A stretch of 64,000 nucleotides of DNA from Planctomycetota bacterium. Its GTDB lineage: Bacteria; Planctomycetota; Phycisphaerae; Sedimentisphaerales; Anaerobacaceae. The stretch is taken from assembly GCA_042576845.1 (NCBI GenBank), contig JBHPEQ010000004.1:1131-65130 (forward strand), given 5' to 3'. The position numbers and the translations under genes were made by a program. The notes beneath the pieces are model-generated. The model ran no database searches, had not been told where the DNA came from, and worked only from the letters and a program-made list of their open reading frames with translations. Positions 62,560 through 64,000 of this stretch are shown in pieces. Numbering within the stretch: the stretch's first letter is position 1; every line of letters starts with the position of its first letter.

Positions 62560-63924
62560 ATGCAAAATATGCTTGGGACAGTTGTTAACATATTTAAAAT
62601 CCCGGATTTGCGGAACAAAATACTCTTTACTGTAGCACTGCTGGTGATATACAGAATTGGTTTTCATATTCCTGTTCCCGGTGTTGACCCTGCTAAGTTA
62701 GAAGCAGCCGTAGAGACGAGAGATACAACCAGCCCCCTTGGCAGAGCCGCCGAATATATGCAGATATTCACCGGTGGAACGCTTAGCCAAAGTAGTCTGT
62801 TCGGACTGGGGATTATGCCTTATATTACAGCATCAATTATTCTTATGCTGCTTGGCGAGGTTATTCCGGCATTGAAGAAATTACGTCAGGAAGGACAGAC
62901 CGGTCACAAGAAGATACAGGAATATACCAGATATTTAGCAGTTTTTATATGCATTATTCAGGCGCTGATGATTATGAAGGTCATGGGCGCTTACACCTAT
63001 GCAGGTATGCGTACTCAGGCCTATATTATGGGTGTTATTGGTATGACAGCAGGGACCATTTTCCTGATGTGGCTTGGCGAGCAGATAGATGAATACGGGA
63101 TAGGGAACGGGATAAGTTTGATAATTATGGCCGGCATAGTCTCCAGAATGCCCTGGGCAATACGGATGCTCTGGCAGAATGTCGACTTACGCCTTGCCGC
63201 ACCGGTGGGGACCATAGGCCCTGCAAAGATATTCTTTTTGGCAGTGTCGTTTATCTTCGTCGTTGCAGGAGCCATATTGATAACGCAGGGTCAGCGGAGG
63301 ATACCTATTCAGCAGGCGAAAATGACCCGAGGGCGTAAAGTTTACGGCGGTCAAAGACATTACCTGCCCTTACGGGTCAATCACGGTGGTGTGATGCCGA
63401 TAATTTTTGCATCCAGCTTTATGATATTCCCCCCGGTGATTATTGGCCAATTAGAGAATATAGAAGCTCTGAATAACTCGTCGATTCTTCAGAGCATACA
63501 GAACGCTCTAATGCCGCAGGCTTATACTTATAATGTGCTGTATATGCTGCTGATATTTCTGTTCGCTTACTTTTGGACAACCGTTCAGTTTCAGCCGAGA
63601 GATATGGCGAAAAATCTCCGCGATTCAGGCTCATTTATCCCCGGACTAAGGCCTGGAAGAAGAACGGCTGAATATCTTGAAACAGTAATGACCAGAATAA
63701 CTTATTTCGGTGCGTCATTCCTGGCGATAATCGCTGTTGTGCCAAGGGTCGGTTCGTTATTGTTGGGAATTGACTGGAGGGTAACAACGTTTCTGGGGGG
63801 TACGGGCTTGTTGATAGTCGTTAGTGTATCGCTGGATTTGGTACAGAAGATAGAGGCCAATCTTTTGATGAGAAGTTATGAAGGTTTCACAAAGTCAGGC
63901 AGGATAAAAGGGGCGTATAGATGA
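62560..63924 (+). CDS. secY: Preprotein translocase subunit SecY
   Basis: 454 aa with 10 TM segments. Motifs IPDLRNKILFT, GIMPYITASII, GNGISLII and GGV.PIIFASS. Confidence 0.97.
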   Translation: MQNMLGTVVNIFKIPDLRNKILFTVALLVIYRIGFHIPVPGVDPAKLEAAVETRDTTSPLGRAAEYMQIFTGGTLSQSSLFGLGIMPYITASIILMLLGEVIPALKKLRQEGQTGHKKIQEYTRYLAVFICIIQALMIMKVMGAYTYAGMRTQAYIMGVIGMTAGTIFLMWLGEQIDEYGIGNGISLIIMAGIVSRMPWAIRMLWQNVDLRLAAPVGTIGPAKIFFLAVSFIFVVAGAILITQGQRRIPIQQAKMTRGRKVYGGQRHYLPLRVNHGGVMPIIFASSFMIFPPVIIGQLENIEALNNSSILQSIQNALMPQAYTYNVLYMLLIFLFAYFWTTVQFQPRDMAKNLRDSGSFIPGLRPGRRTAEYLETVMTRITYFGASFLAIIAVVPRVGSLLLGIDWRVTTFLGGTGLLIVVSVSLDLVQKIEANLLMRSYEGFTKSGRIKGAYR

Positions 63925-64000
63925 GAATAGTATTATTGGGAGCGCCCGGTGCTGGCAAGGGAACACAGTGCAAGAGAATTGTTGACAAGTATGGTCTGCT
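63921..64000 (+). CDS. adk: Adenylate kinase (5' end only, truncated by the window edge)
   Basis: MRIVLLGAPGAGKGTQCKRI (P-loop). Its start overlaps the secY stop (ATGA). Confidence 0.85.
   Translation, partial: MRIVLLGAPGAGKGTQCKRIVDKYGL

Noticed and set aside
1-64000. A scan for CRISPR arrays, transposases or integrases, toxin-antitoxin pairs, restriction-modification or other defence genes, and rRNA.
   Set aside because: None was recognised. The only repeats are the short intergenic ones described above, and every large ORF has a housekeeping, envelope or secreted-enzyme character.

Overview
The window is mostly densely packed chromosomal core DNA from a Gram-negative-type bacterium. I found no transposase, integrase, CRISPR array, rRNA or convincing tRNA, and no recognisable defence system. 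The gene content suggests a Planctomycetota/PVC-like (Phycisphaerae-like) anaerobic polysaccharide degrader: dockerin-tagged secreted proteins, GH130 and GH59-like glycosidases, an RRM RNA-binding protein, a regulatory PTS-Ntr set without permeases, a polytopic spermidine-synthase/TPR fusion, ETF plus acyl-CoA dehydrogenase, and frequent GTG/TTG starts. That taxonomic call is inference only.

Layout:
- 609-7014: a dockerin-tagged S8 peptidase, a PilZ protein, a small membrane protein, a Nudix-like protein, GH130 and an RRM protein.
- 7678-23247: a long minus-strand array of manC, pgi, a UvrD/PcrA helicase, an anchored helical protein, an ABC permease, an ABC ATPase, a P1B-type ATPase and three SPFH paralogs.
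- 23445-29798: a paralogous ABC-2 permease, a GNAT, etfB, etfA, an acyl-CoA dehydrogenase and a HAD hydrolase.
- 29867-44409 (minus strand): a giant LptC/OstA-like protein, kdsC, kdsD, rng, DUF2344, a polytopic spermidine-synthase/TPR fusion, ptsI, ptsH, ptsN, hpf, DUF502 and UPF0104.
- 44550-51752: hisI, then a roughly 1290-aa secreted protein made of four copies of an uncharacterised module with two nested inserts and a C-terminal dockerin, then a GH59-like glycosidase.
- 52872-64000: the S10-spc ribosomal protein operon (no L30), secY and the start of adk.

Most unusual signals:
1. The giant four-module dockerin protein locus.
2. A duplicated promoter-plus-leader cassette with a conserved mini-uORF (MFC...) in front of the RRM and Nudix-like genes.
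3. A promoter-to-terminator unit of about 180 nt upstream of rpsJ carrying repeated CANGGANG-type motifs, which could be a Csr/Rsm-like sRNA.
4. Ribosomal protein L22 carrying an XRE-HTH-like N-terminal extension.
5. The membrane gene array at 12427-24407 (three SPFH paralogs, a P-type ATPase and an ABC set).

All functional calls come from motif recognition by eye. No searches were run.
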